Origin: Candidatus Eiseniibacteriota bacterium | GTDB taxonomy: Bacteria > Eisenbacteria > RBG-16-71-46 > JABDJR01 > JAWXBZ01 | Direction: 5' to 3' | NCBI GenBank assembly: GCA_034440375.1 | Contig: JAWXBZ010000209.1 | Span: forward strand, 1 to 36,856 | DNA: 36,856 nucleotides | Part shown: one piece after another, positions 1 to 9,887 of the stretch | How the letters are laid out: each line of letters begins with the position of its first letter | Position numbering within the stretch: the first letter of the stretch is position 1 | The notes under the pieces: generated by a model | Database searches by the model: none | Told to the model about the DNA's origin: nothing | What the model saw: the letters and a program-made list of their open reading frames with translations, nothing else | Made by a program: the position numbers and the translations under genes

Positions 1-702
1 CCGGCCGCGGCCGGTTTTGGCCTTGCGCTCGATATAGGTCATCAATTGATCGTGGTACTCGTCGTGGTAAGTGGCCGGGCGCCACGACTCGGCCATCTTG
101 CCGATAAGTTCGATGGCGATCGCGAGTTCCTTTGCACTGACGGTCGAGCCTTTGGTCGTCGACGCCGGGATGTCCAGGTCTTTAACATCGCGAAACTCGC
201 CGGCATAACGCAGAAGCTGGAGCACCAATATGTTGTCCATCGGGTAGACGGCGGCCATGTACTGGCGCGTCCGTAACACCACGCGCGCAACGCCCACCTT
301 TTTCGACTTCTTCAGGGCTTCACGAAAGAGTGCATAAGCCTTCAACCCCTTCTTCTCCGGCGCCAGGTAATAGGGCCGGTCGAAAAAGTACATGGGGATG
401 GCCTCTGCGGCGACAAATCCGACGATGTCCACCGTCTGGGTGGCCTCCGCGTTTGCAGCCTTCAGTTCCTCTTCCGAGAGGACCACGTAGCGTCCCTCCT
501 CGTATTCATACCCTTTCACAACGTGGGAGCGATCGATCGAGTCGCCGGTAGTCTTGTTGATCAGGTTGTATCCGACCGGGGCCAGGTCGCGCTTGTCCAG
601 CATATGGAGCTCGAACTCCTCGCTGTTCTCTGCCGGAAACAGACCAATCGGAATATTGACCAGCCCGAATTCCAGCGAGCCTTTCCAGACGGCGCCTGCC
701 AT
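1..702 (-). CDS. ku: Non-homologous end-joining protein Ku (runs off the left window edge; absent from ORF track)
   Basis: Manual translation from ATG at 702: MAGAVWKGSLEFGLVNIPIGLFPA...VVKGYEYEEGRYVVLSEEELK...YFFDRPYYLAP...YALFREAL...LQLLRY...YHDEYHDQL. These are typical bacterial Ku motifs. The frame is open to position 1, and GAAAGG lies upstream. Confidence 0.96.
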   Translation of the reverse strand, partial: MAGAVWKGSLEFGLVNIPIGLFPAENSEEFELHMLDKRDLAPVGYNLINKTTGDSIDRSHVVKGYEYEEGRYVVLSEEELKAANAEATQTVDIVGFVAAEAIPMYFFDRPYYLAPEKKGLKAYALFREALKKSKKVGVARVVLRTRQYMAAVYPMDNILVLQLLRYAGEFRDVKDLDIPASTTKGSTVSAKELAIAIELIGKMAESWRPATYHDEYHDQLMTYIERKAKTGRGR

Positions 703-782
703 GCTCTGCCTGCCTTTCGATCCCCAGCCGGAGTCTGAAAAAAGTACTCGCGCTGGGAAGATTCTGCTGGTAGAAGACAACC

Positions 783-806
783 TGGCCCGGGTCATTCGCC
801 GGGCCA
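783..806 (-). other. GC-rich hairpin at the predicted 5' end of the ku transcript
   Basis: TGGCCCGG-N8-CCGGGCCA inverted repeat; the predicted sigma54 start site is about 805. Confidence 0.45.
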
Positions 807-815
807 ATTGCCAAG

Positions 816-832
816 TGCAAGCCACGTGCCAG
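816..832 (-). promoter_or_regulatory. sigma54 (-24/-12) promoter for ku
   Basis: Minus strand reads CTGGCACGTGGCTTGCA, an exact match to TGGCACG-N4-TTGC[AT], about 115 nt upstream of the ku ATG. Confidence 0.8.
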
Positions 833-871
833 TGCTCACTCAACGGTGCCCCGGCCACGACCCGGCCGCAA

Positions 872-884
872 TTGATTGAATCAA
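872..884. promoter_or_regulatory. Palindromic candidate regulator site between the divergent sigma54 promoters
   Basis: TTGATT-G-AATCAA perfect inverted repeat, AT-rich in a GC-rich context, roughly midway between the two promoters. Confidence 0.4.
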
Positions 885-930
885 ATCGATCGCCAGCGCC
901 CTGGCCTCGATTCGAGCCGTGACCAACCGG

Positions 931-947
931 CTGGCATGCAGCTTGCG
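931..947 (+). promoter_or_regulatory. sigma54 (-24/-12) promoter for the lipid kinase-PAP2 operon
   Basis: CTGGCATGCAGCTTGCG, with GG-N10-GC spacing and TGGCA / TTGC boxes, about 80 nt upstream of ATG 1025. Confidence 0.7.
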
Positions 948-1024
948 TTTGCGTGTCACCAGTTGAAACGAGGTCAATTTCAGGTGCCGGGTTCCCCGCA
1001 GTTCTCCCCCCAAACTGAGACATC

Positions 1025-1897
1025 ATGACCATTCACATCCTGTTAAATCCAAACGCCGGGGTACTTCAAGTCAAGCCAACCCCGGAGAAGATTCAGGCGG
1101 CGGCGGTGGCGCTTGGCATGGAAGTGGACGTCGTGGCCTGCAGTTCTGCTGGCGAGATGCAAGTCCACATACAGCGGCACGTCAAGGAAGGTCAGGAGAT
1201 GGTCGTCATCGGCGGCGGTGATGGAACCGTCGGTCTCGCCGTTCAGGAGCTCGCGCACTCGAAGACAGCCTTGGGGATCATTCCGCTGGGGATGGCGAAC
1301 AATTTTTCGAAATCGCTGGGCCTGCCGCAGGACCTTGACGGCGCCCTGTCCATCCTGCAGGCAGGCCGCGTGCGCGCGATAGACCTGGGAAAGATCGAGT
1401 CCCGCTACTTCACCGAAGCCGCGGGTATCGGACTCTTTGCGGACGGTCTGCTGCACTATGGCAAAAGGACGGGCAAGAGTCTCCCGCGGCTGCTCTATTC
1501 CGTTGCCCGACTGTACTTCTCCGCAAGGGCGAAGCGCATCAAGTTGACGCTTGACGATAAGATTGTTTTCGAGCGGGCGATGATGTGTACCGTGGCCAAT
1601 GGCCCCCGAATGGCGCTGGGAGTGCCCGTCGCACCCGACGCACTCCTGATGGACGGCCACTTCGATGTCGTCGTGATTGGCGACCTGAGCCGGATGGAGT
1701 TGATCCGCTACTTCATGGCCGTCATGAACCAAACGCACAATGATCTGCCCAAAGTTACAACCACGAAAGCACGCCGGGTCAAAATTGAATGCGGGACACG
1801 GATGCGGGTTCACTGCGACGACCAGATCGTGGGAACGACCCCCGCCACCATCACGACGGAACCTGGGGCACTCCGGGTCGTCGTGGCGGCCGCGTGA
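1025..1897 (+). CDS. Diacylglycerol/lipid kinase family protein (YegS/BmrU-like)
   Basis: LNPNAG, GGGDGT and IPLGMANNF motifs, plus the C-terminal DGHFDV motif of the DAGK_cat/YegS family. Confidence 0.92.
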   Translation: MTIHILLNPNAGVLQVKPTPEKIQAAAVALGMEVDVVACSSAGEMQVHIQRHVKEGQEMVVIGGGDGTVGLAVQELAHSKTALGIIPLGMANNFSKSLGLPQDLDGALSILQAGRVRAIDLGKIESRYFTEAAGIGLFADGLLHYGKRTGKSLPRLLYSVARLYFSARAKRIKLTLDDKIVFERAMMCTVANGPRMALGVPVAPDALLMDGHFDVVVIGDLSRMELIRYFMAVMNQTHNDLPKVTTTKARRVKIECGTRMRVHCDDQIVGTTPATITTEPGALRVVVAAA

Positions 1898-2562
1898 CAC
1901 CCGCGGCGATTGGACTCCTCTCCTACTTCGAGCAGCTCCACCAGGCCCGGAGTTTCACCGCGCTGGTACTGATCTTCGTCGGCTTCGTGATCGCCGCTTT
2001 TCTTACCCGGACCGGCGCCGTGCTGCGACTGGATGCAAGACTGACCTCACGCTTGCAAGGGCTGCGCAGTGCACCGCTCGACCGTCTGATGCGTGTCCTG
2101 ACCATTCTTGGCGACCCACCAGCACTGTTTGTCGCAGGCGGCGCGGGGGCTCTACTCTTCTGGGCGGTCAATCAGCGGGAGGCCGGCATCCTCACGGCGC
2201 TCTCGTTGCTGGGGCTGCCGTTGAATTACGCGATCAAGGAATTGATTCGACGGCCGCGGCCCGACCAGACACTGGTGAGGGTGCTGCTACCGGTCACCGG
2301 GCGCAGTTTTCCCTCCGGTCACGCCATGACCGCCACGATGCTCTATGGCTTCATGGCATTCGTGATCTGGGTCCATGCCGGCCGGGGGATGCCGGGCACG
2401 ATAGCCACGCTGGCCCTGGTGCTGACCATTCTCGGGGTCGGACTCAGCCGGATCTACCTGGGGGTCCACTGGTTCTCCGATGTCATGGGTGGCTGGACGG
2501 CAGGAATCTTCTTTCTGCTCATCATGGCTTCCCTGTACGGAGCATTGGTTTCGCCGCAATGA
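1894..2562 (+). CDS. PAP2-family membrane phosphatase
   Basis: KxxxxRxRP, SFPSGH and SRIYLGVHWFSDV motifs with several TM segments. The GTG start overlaps the upstream stop (GTGA). Confidence 0.92.
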   Translation: MTPAAIGLLSYFEQLHQARSFTALVLIFVGFVIAAFLTRTGAVLRLDARLTSRLQGLRSAPLDRLMRVLTILGDPPALFVAGGAGALLFWAVNQREAGILTALSLLGLPLNYAIKELIRRPRPDQTLVRVLLPVTGRSFPSGHAMTATMLYGFMAFVIWVHAGRGMPGTIATLALVLTILGVGLSRIYLGVHWFSDVMGGWTAGIFFLLIMASLYGALVSPQ

Positions 2563-2597
2563 ACCAGCACGACAGAAGAGTCAGGTGATCAAGCCGG

Positions 2598-2990
2598 CTA
2601 TTTTCTCCGTTTCTTCGGGGGCGCCGCCTTCTTCGGTGCCGCCGCCTTCTTCCTGGTCGCCGGCTTTCGCACCGGCGCCTTCTTGAAGACCTGCCACAAC
2701 CCCAGCGTGGCTCCCGTTGGATCGATGAAAATTCCGAGCGCACCCATGCCCATTACTTCGTGATACTCGAGAATCACCTGTGCGCCATTCTTCCGAGCCT
2801 TGACGAGTGTCTTCTTGACGTCATCGACAAGAACATAAGCAAGCCACGCCGTCGGTGCGTCCGGAGTTGGTTTCACCGGCATGCCGCCGCCCACACCCTT
2901 GCCGACATCGATCATGGTGTACTTGGCCCCGACCGTGCCCGGAAGCGCCACCTCGGACAATTTCCAATCGAAAATTTTCTTGTAGAACAA
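2598..2990 (-). pseudogene. VOC/glyoxalase family protein, apparently 5'-truncated, with a Lys/Ala/Pro-rich tail
   Basis: FYKKIFDWK...GGGM...WLAYVLVDDV...FIDPTGATLGLWQ is VOC-like. The first strand and helix normally preceding FY are missing, an in-frame TGA lies 3 codons upstream of the TTG, and no clear RBS is present. Confidence 0.7.
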
Positions 2991-3056
2991 GCATTTTCAG
3001 CTTACCCCATTTCGTCGGCTCTACGGGAAGCGGTTTTCCGGGGTGGCGCACAAATA

Positions 3057-3096
3057 ATCCCGGCGCTTACGGTGTCACCACCGACAGCGCCGGGAT
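3057..3096 (-). terminator. Long hairpin, probable terminator of the lipoprotein gene
   Basis: ATCCCGGCGCT-TA-CGGTG-TCAC-CACCG-AC-AGCGCCGGGAT (11+5 bp stem), followed on the minus strand by TATTTG. Confidence 0.55.
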
Positions 3097-3179
3097 CGGA
3101 TCAGGCGAGTCCAGAAAGACTCGAGGAGTGATTTGAGCGTCACCGACCTCCTTTCCGGGTCGTGCGTTGGAGCGGTAGC

Positions 3180-3809
3180 TTATTGCGAGGTGCCGGGGGC
3201 GAAATGACCGACATCGTAGACGTTGGCCTTCAAGCCGCCCCCGCTCTGTGATCCACCAAGCTGCAACCATGCCTCCGAAGGCGTGCCCGAGTTGCTCACT
3301 TCAAACATCGTGCAGCCGGCCACGGGCATCAGGTCCGAGAAAAAGCTCGTCAAATGTGAATGCTTGCTCAATGTCAGGTCAGCGGGAAGCACCTCACACT
3401 CGACGCGGCCGGCCACGCCGGTCAGGTCGCGCAACGTCACCGTGGTTGGCTGACTGAGCGAGTTCGGCAGGATACGGTAGGTGAATCGGCCGACTGTCAG
3501 CGTGGCACCGTGCCTCGGGACAAGCTGGCTGATCTCCAGGATCTCGCCGGTCAGCGGGGCATTGATGCCGGAAGCGGCCGCCGGAGACTCGCCGCCGGCC
3601 GGCAGCGCACTCGTTGACGAAGCGCCGTTGCCATCACCACCGTCGCCGAGGTTGAACTGAATCGCGGCCTGACTCTCAAGAGTGGGTGCTGTCGGTGAAC
3701 GCTCCGAGATAGGCGAGTCGCCCTGGCCACAGCCGGCCAGGAAGATCACCATCGCCGCCAGTGACATTCCCGGAAAGAATTTTCGCCTGGCCACCGTCAT
3801 TCTCATCAT
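3180..3809 (-). CDS. Hypothetical lipoprotein with a divergent ZU5-like beta domain
   Basis: AAGGAG RBS, basic N-terminus, hydrophobic stretch and LAGC lipobox, then a Ser/Gly/Ala linker. GATLTVG..I.P.SL..PTTVTL..EVLP..LTL.K resembles ZU5-like domains. The start could also be 3815. Confidence 0.75.
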   Translation of the reverse strand: MMRMTVARRKFFPGMSLAAMVIFLAGCGQGDSPISERSPTAPTLESQAAIQFNLGDGGDGNGASSTSALPAGGESPAAASGINAPLTGEILEISQLVPRHGATLTVGRFTYRILPNSLSQPTTVTLRDLTGVAGRVECEVLPADLTLSKHSHLTSFFSDLMPVAGCTMFEVSNSGTPSEAWLQLGGSQSGGGLKANVYDVGHFAPGTSQ

Positions 3810-3861
3810 TGTCATCGTCTCCTTCGGAGTGAGGAAATTCATCATCCGACCGGGTACAAAG

Positions 3862-3876
3862 GCAAGTCGCATGCCA
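3862..3876 (-). promoter_or_regulatory. sigma54 (-24/-12) promoter for the lipoprotein gene
   Basis: Minus strand reads TGGCATGCGACTTGC (GG-N10-GC), about 50 nt upstream of the start. Confidence 0.7.
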
Positions 3877-4137
3877 CTCCAAACGGTTCGACGATCGAGT
3901 CCTCGCCAGGCCTTCCAATGGCGGTTTCGGGGCCCCAAGAGGTCGCCAGACGTCGGAATGAAGCCGGATCAAACTGGGGAATTTCCCACTGAATGTCCCG
4001 GGTTTTGACGCAAGTAGTTTCAGCACAATATGTTGCAATGAAAGGCCGAGATGAGCCGGCGGGGGATTTCACCCGGAGTACCGCAAGCGTTAAGCTCCAA
4101 ACATCCGTTGGTTGTCCATGAAAAGAGGATCGAGGAC

Positions 4138-5814
4138 ATGATCGCAATGAATTCTCGTCGGGTCCTGTTGGCGGTGGCGCTCATGGCGCCATTTGGAACA
4201 CTCAACGATTGGTCCGCAATCGGCCCGGTCAGTGCCCGTGCTGAGGATAAGCCGGCTCCCCTCTTCAATGACCTCGGTAGCCGGCATTGGCCGATCTCCA
4301 CGTCAAATCCGATGGCGCAGCGATACTTCGATCAGGGGATGATCCTGACGTATGGCTTCAACCATGCCGAGGCCCATCGCTCTTTCCTGGAAGTGACGCG
4401 ACTGGATCCAGATTGCGCCATGGGATGGTGGGGCGCCGGTCTGGTTCTCGGGCCGAACATCAATGCGGCGATGGATTCGGCGGCGGCCCCGGAAGCGGCT
4501 CGCCTGACCGGGGAGGCCATGAAGCGACGCGCGTCCGCCAACCCGCGTGAGCGGGCGCTCATCGAGGCACTGGATCGTCGCTACTGTGCCTCGCCGCCGG
4601 AGGACCGGAAGCCGCTGGACGTGGCCTTTTCCCAGGCCATGCGCGACGTGGCGAAGCGTTTCCCCGAGGACATCGACATCCTGGCGATGACCGCCGAGGC
4701 CATCATGGATTTGACACCCTGGGATTACTGGACGCCGGACGGCAAGCCGAACGTCAACACGAAGGAATTGCTGGGCTTTCTGGAGCGTGTCCTCGCGGCC
4801 GACCCCAACCACCCGGGCGCCATTCACTACTACATTCATGCCGTCGAGGCGTCGGACCATCCCGAAAAGGCGGAGACTTACGCCGACAAGCTCCCGGGGC
4901 TGGCGCCAGGCGCGGGCCACCTGGTCCACATGCCCAGTCATCTCTACATTCGAACGGGGCGCTACCAGGAGGCGATCGACCTGAACGAAGCCGCCGCCAA
5001 GGCCGATGACTCCTATCTCTCCCAGTGCCATGCCCAGGGGGTTTACGAACTCGGCTACGTGCCGCATAACCACCATATGAAGTTCGCGGCCGCCTGCCTC
5101 TCCGGCCAGAGCGCGGTGGCCCTCGCCGCCGCCGCGGGCACGGCCGCTCGCACGGCCCACCCGATGATGCGCGATCCCGGTCTCGGAACTCTTCAACATT
5201 ATGCGTACGTCGGACTGTACGGCCTCGTTCGTTTCGGTCGATGGTCGGAGATCCTGAACACGCCGCAGCCGCCGGCCGACCTCAAGTATCCGAACGGCGT
5301 CTGGCACTTTGCCCGCGGGATGGCCCACACCGGCACCGGCAAGTTCGACATGGCGGAGGCGGAACTGGCCAATCTGACCCGCTTCGCGGCCATGGATACA
5401 CTGGAGAAGGTCACGATCTGGGAGACCAATACGACGAAACACATTCTCGAGATCGGCCGCGACTTGCTCGCCGGCGAAATCAAAGCTCGCCGTGGTGACT
5501 GGGCCGGGGCCATCCGACACTTCGAGGCCGGCGTGGCCGGCGAGGACAAACTCCGCTACAACGAGCCGACCGACTGGAATCCGGCTGTCCGCCACTACCT
5601 GGGTTGGGCATTGCTCGAGGCCAAACGGGCAAAGGAGGCAGAGGCGGTCTATCGTGAGGATTTGCGCCGCTATCCCGGCAATGGATGGGCGCTGCTCGGG
5701 CTGTCGCAGAGCCTGATGGCACAGGGCAAGACCAAAGCCGCCAATGAGGCCGCCGCACAGTTTCAGAAGTCGTGGGTCAGGGCCGACGTCAAGCTGATAT
5801 CGTCGCGGCTATAG
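4138..5814 (+). CDS. Secreted TPR-repeat protein with conserved His-rich motifs
   Basis: Signal peptide; AQRYFDQG..YGFNHAEA, HPGAIHYYIH, GHLVHMPSHLY and YVPHNHH motifs; TPR-like helical repeats. Start is 4138 or 4147. Confidence 0.88.
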   Translation: MIAMNSRRVLLAVALMAPFGTLNDWSAIGPVSARAEDKPAPLFNDLGSRHWPISTSNPMAQRYFDQGMILTYGFNHAEAHRSFLEVTRLDPDCAMGWWGAGLVLGPNINAAMDSAAAPEAARLTGEAMKRRASANPRERALIEALDRRYCASPPEDRKPLDVAFSQAMRDVAKRFPEDIDILAMTAEAIMDLTPWDYWTPDGKPNVNTKELLGFLERVLAADPNHPGAIHYYIHAVEASDHPEKAETYADKLPGLAPGAGHLVHMPSHLYIRTGRYQEAIDLNEAAAKADDSYLSQCHAQGVYELGYVPHNHHMKFAAACLSGQSAVALAAAAGTAARTAHPMMRDPGLGTLQHYAYVGLYGLVRFGRWSEILNTPQPPADLKYPNGVWHFARGMAHTGTGKFDMAEAELANLTRFAAMDTLEKVTIWETNTTKHILEIGRDLLAGEIKARRGDWAGAIRHFEAGVAGEDKLRYNEPTDWNPAVRHYLGWALLEAKRAKEAEAVYREDLRRYPGNGWALLGLSQSLMAQGKTKAANEAAAQFQKSWVRADVKLISSRL

Positions 5815-5880
5815 GAGCCCGCCGAATGCCATAGTTTTTGCTGCTACGGGACTCGGGGCCGCCTCAGACCGGCCTGACGG

Positions 5881-6969
5881 CTACGCGTAGCTCTCCCACA
5901 ACTTGCCCCACTCCGTGCGAAGCACCGAGTTCACGCGCTCCTTGTGCGCCGGGTACCAGTACACATCGTGGTAGAGGCGGCTGGCGGCGAAGGACCAGGG
6001 GGTGATGGGGCTGCGGAGGAGGAGGTTTTCGAGCGGCTTCAGGGGGCCGTGGTAGATGGCCTTCTGGCCGCGGCTGGCCAGAGTTTCCTGGTTGCGGCGG
6101 AAGTTGAAGTTCACGTTGCTGATGTCTTCGCCGACGATCTCGATTTCGCGCGGGTCGGCCTTGCCGAGGCCCGCCTCGTGGGCCAGTTTCAGGAACTTGA
6201 TCGACAGGGGATCAAAGCCCATGAGGCGGGCGGAGGTGGCATCGATGGCCACCTGGTCGGACGAGGCCAGCAGATACCCCTTCACGTGCGGCACGATGGC
6301 GCGCGGGCCGGGACCATCGCCACAGAAGATGCCGTCCGTCACGGCGAACACGCCGGGGTGGATTTCCTTCTGAATGGTCAGGAGGTCGACCAGGGTTTCG
6401 TGGATGACGCTGTGGGTCCAGTGGCGGTTGAAGTGAAGCAGGCCGCCGAACGCATTTTTCATGGCGCCGGTGATCTCGGTGAAAACGTGCGTCTTGATCG
6501 TCGGGAAGTGGATGATGTTTTTGCCCACCAGGAAGCGTGGGATGCGGATGCCGTCCTTCTTGAAGACATCGTGCAACACCAGCATCTTCCCCTTCGGCTC
6601 GTAGACGAACCACTCCACACCCGGGTCATTGAGATGCATTCTCTGGATGCCGTACTGATCCAGCACCCGGGTCAGGTGATTGTTGGGTTCGCCCGCGCGG
6701 GCATCGACCACGACGGTGTCATTGTGCGTGCCCCACATCTGCTTCCGGTCGAACCCCTGTTCGTCGAGCTGCCGGATGGCACCTTCCAGTTGCCACGGCG
6801 TGGTCGAGCAGGCCGGCATGTACAGATGCCAGGTGATGTTGATCTTGAGGGCGACATCGGCCGAGGCCTTGATGACGTCGGGCGCACCGGCCAGTTTCAT
6901 CACCTTCATGACATCCTCGACAACCGTGCCGGGGGTGGCCTTGATGACTGCTACTTTCGACTTGGACAT
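5881..6969 (-). CDS. DUF362 domain-containing protein
   Basis: LKINITWH, PTIKTH..T.ITGAMKNAFG, DGxxxGDGPGP and DQVAIDA...MGFDP motifs; AAGGAG RBS. Confidence 0.88.
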   Translation of the reverse strand: MSKSKVAVIKATPGTVVEDVMKVMKLAGAPDVIKASADVALKINITWHLYMPACSTTPWQLEGAIRQLDEQGFDRKQMWGTHNDTVVVDARAGEPNNHLTRVLDQYGIQRMHLNDPGVEWFVYEPKGKMLVLHDVFKKDGIRIPRFLVGKNIIHFPTIKTHVFTEITGAMKNAFGGLLHFNRHWTHSVIHETLVDLLTIQKEIHPGVFAVTDGIFCGDGPGPRAIVPHVKGYLLASSDQVAIDATSARLMGFDPLSIKFLKLAHEAGLGKADPREIEIVGEDISNVNFNFRRNQETLASRGQKAIYHGPLKPLENLLLRSPITPWSFAASRLYHDVYWYPAHKERVNSVLRTEWGKLWESYA

Positions 6970-6986
6970 GTTTGGGGCTCCTTAGG

Positions 6987-8131
<1,145 letters not shown>

Positions 8132-8135
<4 letters not shown>

Positions 8136-9274
8136 CCCTTGAGCAATCCCGTGGCGATGATGTGCTTCTGGATTTCCGTGGTCCCCTCGTAGATTTCGGT
8201 GACCTTGGCATCGCGGTAGTAGCGCTCGACCGGGTAGTCTTGCAGATAGCCGTAGCCGCCATGAATCTGCACCGCACGATCGGCATTCACGACCGCCATC
8301 CGGCTGGCAAAGGCCTTGGCCGTCGAGGCTTCCAGCGTGTAACGACGGCCGGCATCCTTGGCCACTGCAGCCTGCCAGGTCAGGAGTCGCGCCGCATCGA
8401 GTTCGGTGGCCATGTCGGCCAGCATCCACTGGATGGCCTGGAATTGGCCAATTGGCTGGCCGAAGGCATTTCGTTCGGTGGCGTAGCGTGTCGAGTCGCG
8501 GAGGCACGCCGCCCCGATTCCCAGCGCCTGCGACGCAATGCCGATCCGCCCGCCGTCCAGCGTGTTCAGCGCCACCTTGAACCCGTCACCTTCCGTGCCG
8601 AGGAGATTTGCCGCCGGGACTTCGCAGTCGGTCAGGATGATCTGGCAGGTCGAGGAACCCCGGATCCCCATCGTCTTTTCCTTGGCGCCGCGGGTCAACC
8701 CCTCTGTGGTGGCCTCGACCAGGAACGAGGAAATGCCATGATGCCCGGCGGCCAGGTCGGTCATGCAGTAGACCACATAAAGATCCGCCACCTGCCCGTT
8801 GGTGATGAAGTTCTTGGTGCCGTTCAAGACGTAGCGATCACCCTGCTGGACGGCGGTCGTCTGCTGGCGGGCCGCGTCGGAGCCGGTGTTCGGTTCGGAC
8901 AGGCAATAGGCCCCAAGCCACTCACCGGTGGCGAGCTTCGAGAGGTAGCGGGCCTTCTGGTCATCCGTGCCGAATTTCTCGATGGGGTGGCAGACCAGCG
9001 AGTTGTTCACTGACATGATCACGCCGGTCGAGGCGCAGGCCGCGGAAATTTCCTCGATCGCCAGCGCATAGGCCATGGTCGACATCGCCGCCCCACCAAA
9101 CTCCTCGGCCACCATCATCCCCATGAACCCAAGTTCAGCCAGCTTTCGAACGTTTTCCGCGGGAAAGATGCCCGACGCGTCGGTCTCCGCGGCCCGCGGC
9201 GCGATCACCTCACGCGCAATCTGCCGGGCCGTGTCCTGGATGAGGTGTTCGTCATCGGTGAGGGAAAAATCCAT
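8132..9274 (-). CDS. Acyl-CoA dehydrogenase (butyryl-CoA dehydrogenase-like)
   Basis: CLSEPNTGSD, LNGTKNFITNG, LDGGRIGIA and IYEGTTEIQ motifs; start MDFSL with GAGG upstream. Confidence 0.95.
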
Positions 9275-9475
9275 GAGGCCTCGGGGCGCTGTCGCGGCCC
9301 GGAGCAAGGCGAGCGACGATCAATACAAACTAATATGGACAAAGAGGTTAGCATGCCAGACGGAAGGCGGACAACGAGATTATTGGATAACCACAGGCAT
9401 CACCACAATTGTGTATCTTGTTGAAGCCCAACGCGAATTCAGACTGAACTTCATTTGAATACTGTTGTTTCATGA

Positions 9476-9628
9476 CATCCGCGCCGGGCCACTCACCAGG
9501 GAGGTCGAACAATCGGGTCGACATATTTTACCGTATCGGGATTTAATCATGGCGAGATCTTGGTCTATGCCTTCCCCACCGCCGTGCAGCCCACGACTCG
9601 GAGCGCGATCAAAACGCTGCTGAACTAG
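9476..9628 (+). pseudogene. 3' remnant of a secreted (possibly NHL-type) gene with a decayed TWxxIK tail
   Basis: The frame reads ...YFTVSGFNHGEILVYAFPTAVQPTTRSAIKTLLN*. The motif Trp position is CGG (9599-9601). There is no upstream ATG or signal peptide. Confidence 0.65.
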
Positions 9629-9753
9629 GTAAGTCGCGCGACGAGTTGGCCGAATATCACCGCGCCCTGGCGCCCGGTTTCATCGCTTTCAAAACTCATG
9701 GCAGACGGTCGGGTGAAGAGATTCTCGAGATTGAACGTGGCAATTCGGATCAT
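9625..9753 (-). pseudogene. 5' fragment of an endonuclease/exonuclease/phosphatase (EEP) family gene
   Basis: GAGGGGG RBS, then MIRIATFNLENLFTRPSAM...; IATFNxENLF is the typical EEP N-terminal motif. It stops after 42 codons. Confidence 0.7.
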
Positions 9754-9832
9754 CAGTTGCCCCCTCAGTTAATGCTGAAGATAGTCAAGTTTGATGCGAA
9801 TCGCCAGCCGAGAATGGCCCCGCAGCCATTGT

Positions 9833-9861
9833 TTGACGCTCCCGACCCTTACTGATAGCCT
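9833..9861 (+). promoter_or_regulatory. sigma70-type promoter for the methyltransferase
   Basis: TTGACG-N17-TAGCCT with an extended -10 TGn. Confidence 0.6.
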
Positions 9862-9887
9862 TTCTCACTCCTCAGCCACTCCCGTAG

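Noticed and set aside
872-884. FNR box
   Set aside because: The half-sites TTGAT/ATCAA are spaced by 3 nt rather than the required 4, so it is kept only as a generic palindrome.
42-922. Short ORF-track entries at the left end
   Set aside because: They are shadows of the ku gene (1-702, minus) and its promoter region.
4005-4034. sigma70 promoter TTGACG-N18-TATGTT for the TPR gene
   Set aside because: Plausible, but spacing and the -10 box are suboptimal and there is no further support.
8136-8507. 124-aa N-terminal extension of the 6987 dehydrogenase
   Set aside because: It overlaps the upstream gene; homology and the ATGA coupling place the start at 8135. Similar extensions were trimmed for the genes at 10899, 13646, 26333, 26854, 29250, 31926 and 35550.
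9308-9470. AT-rich spacer as a possible ncRNA or riboswitch
   Set aside because: Only a short TTCAG-A-CTGAA palindrome is present, with no recognisable RNA family structure.
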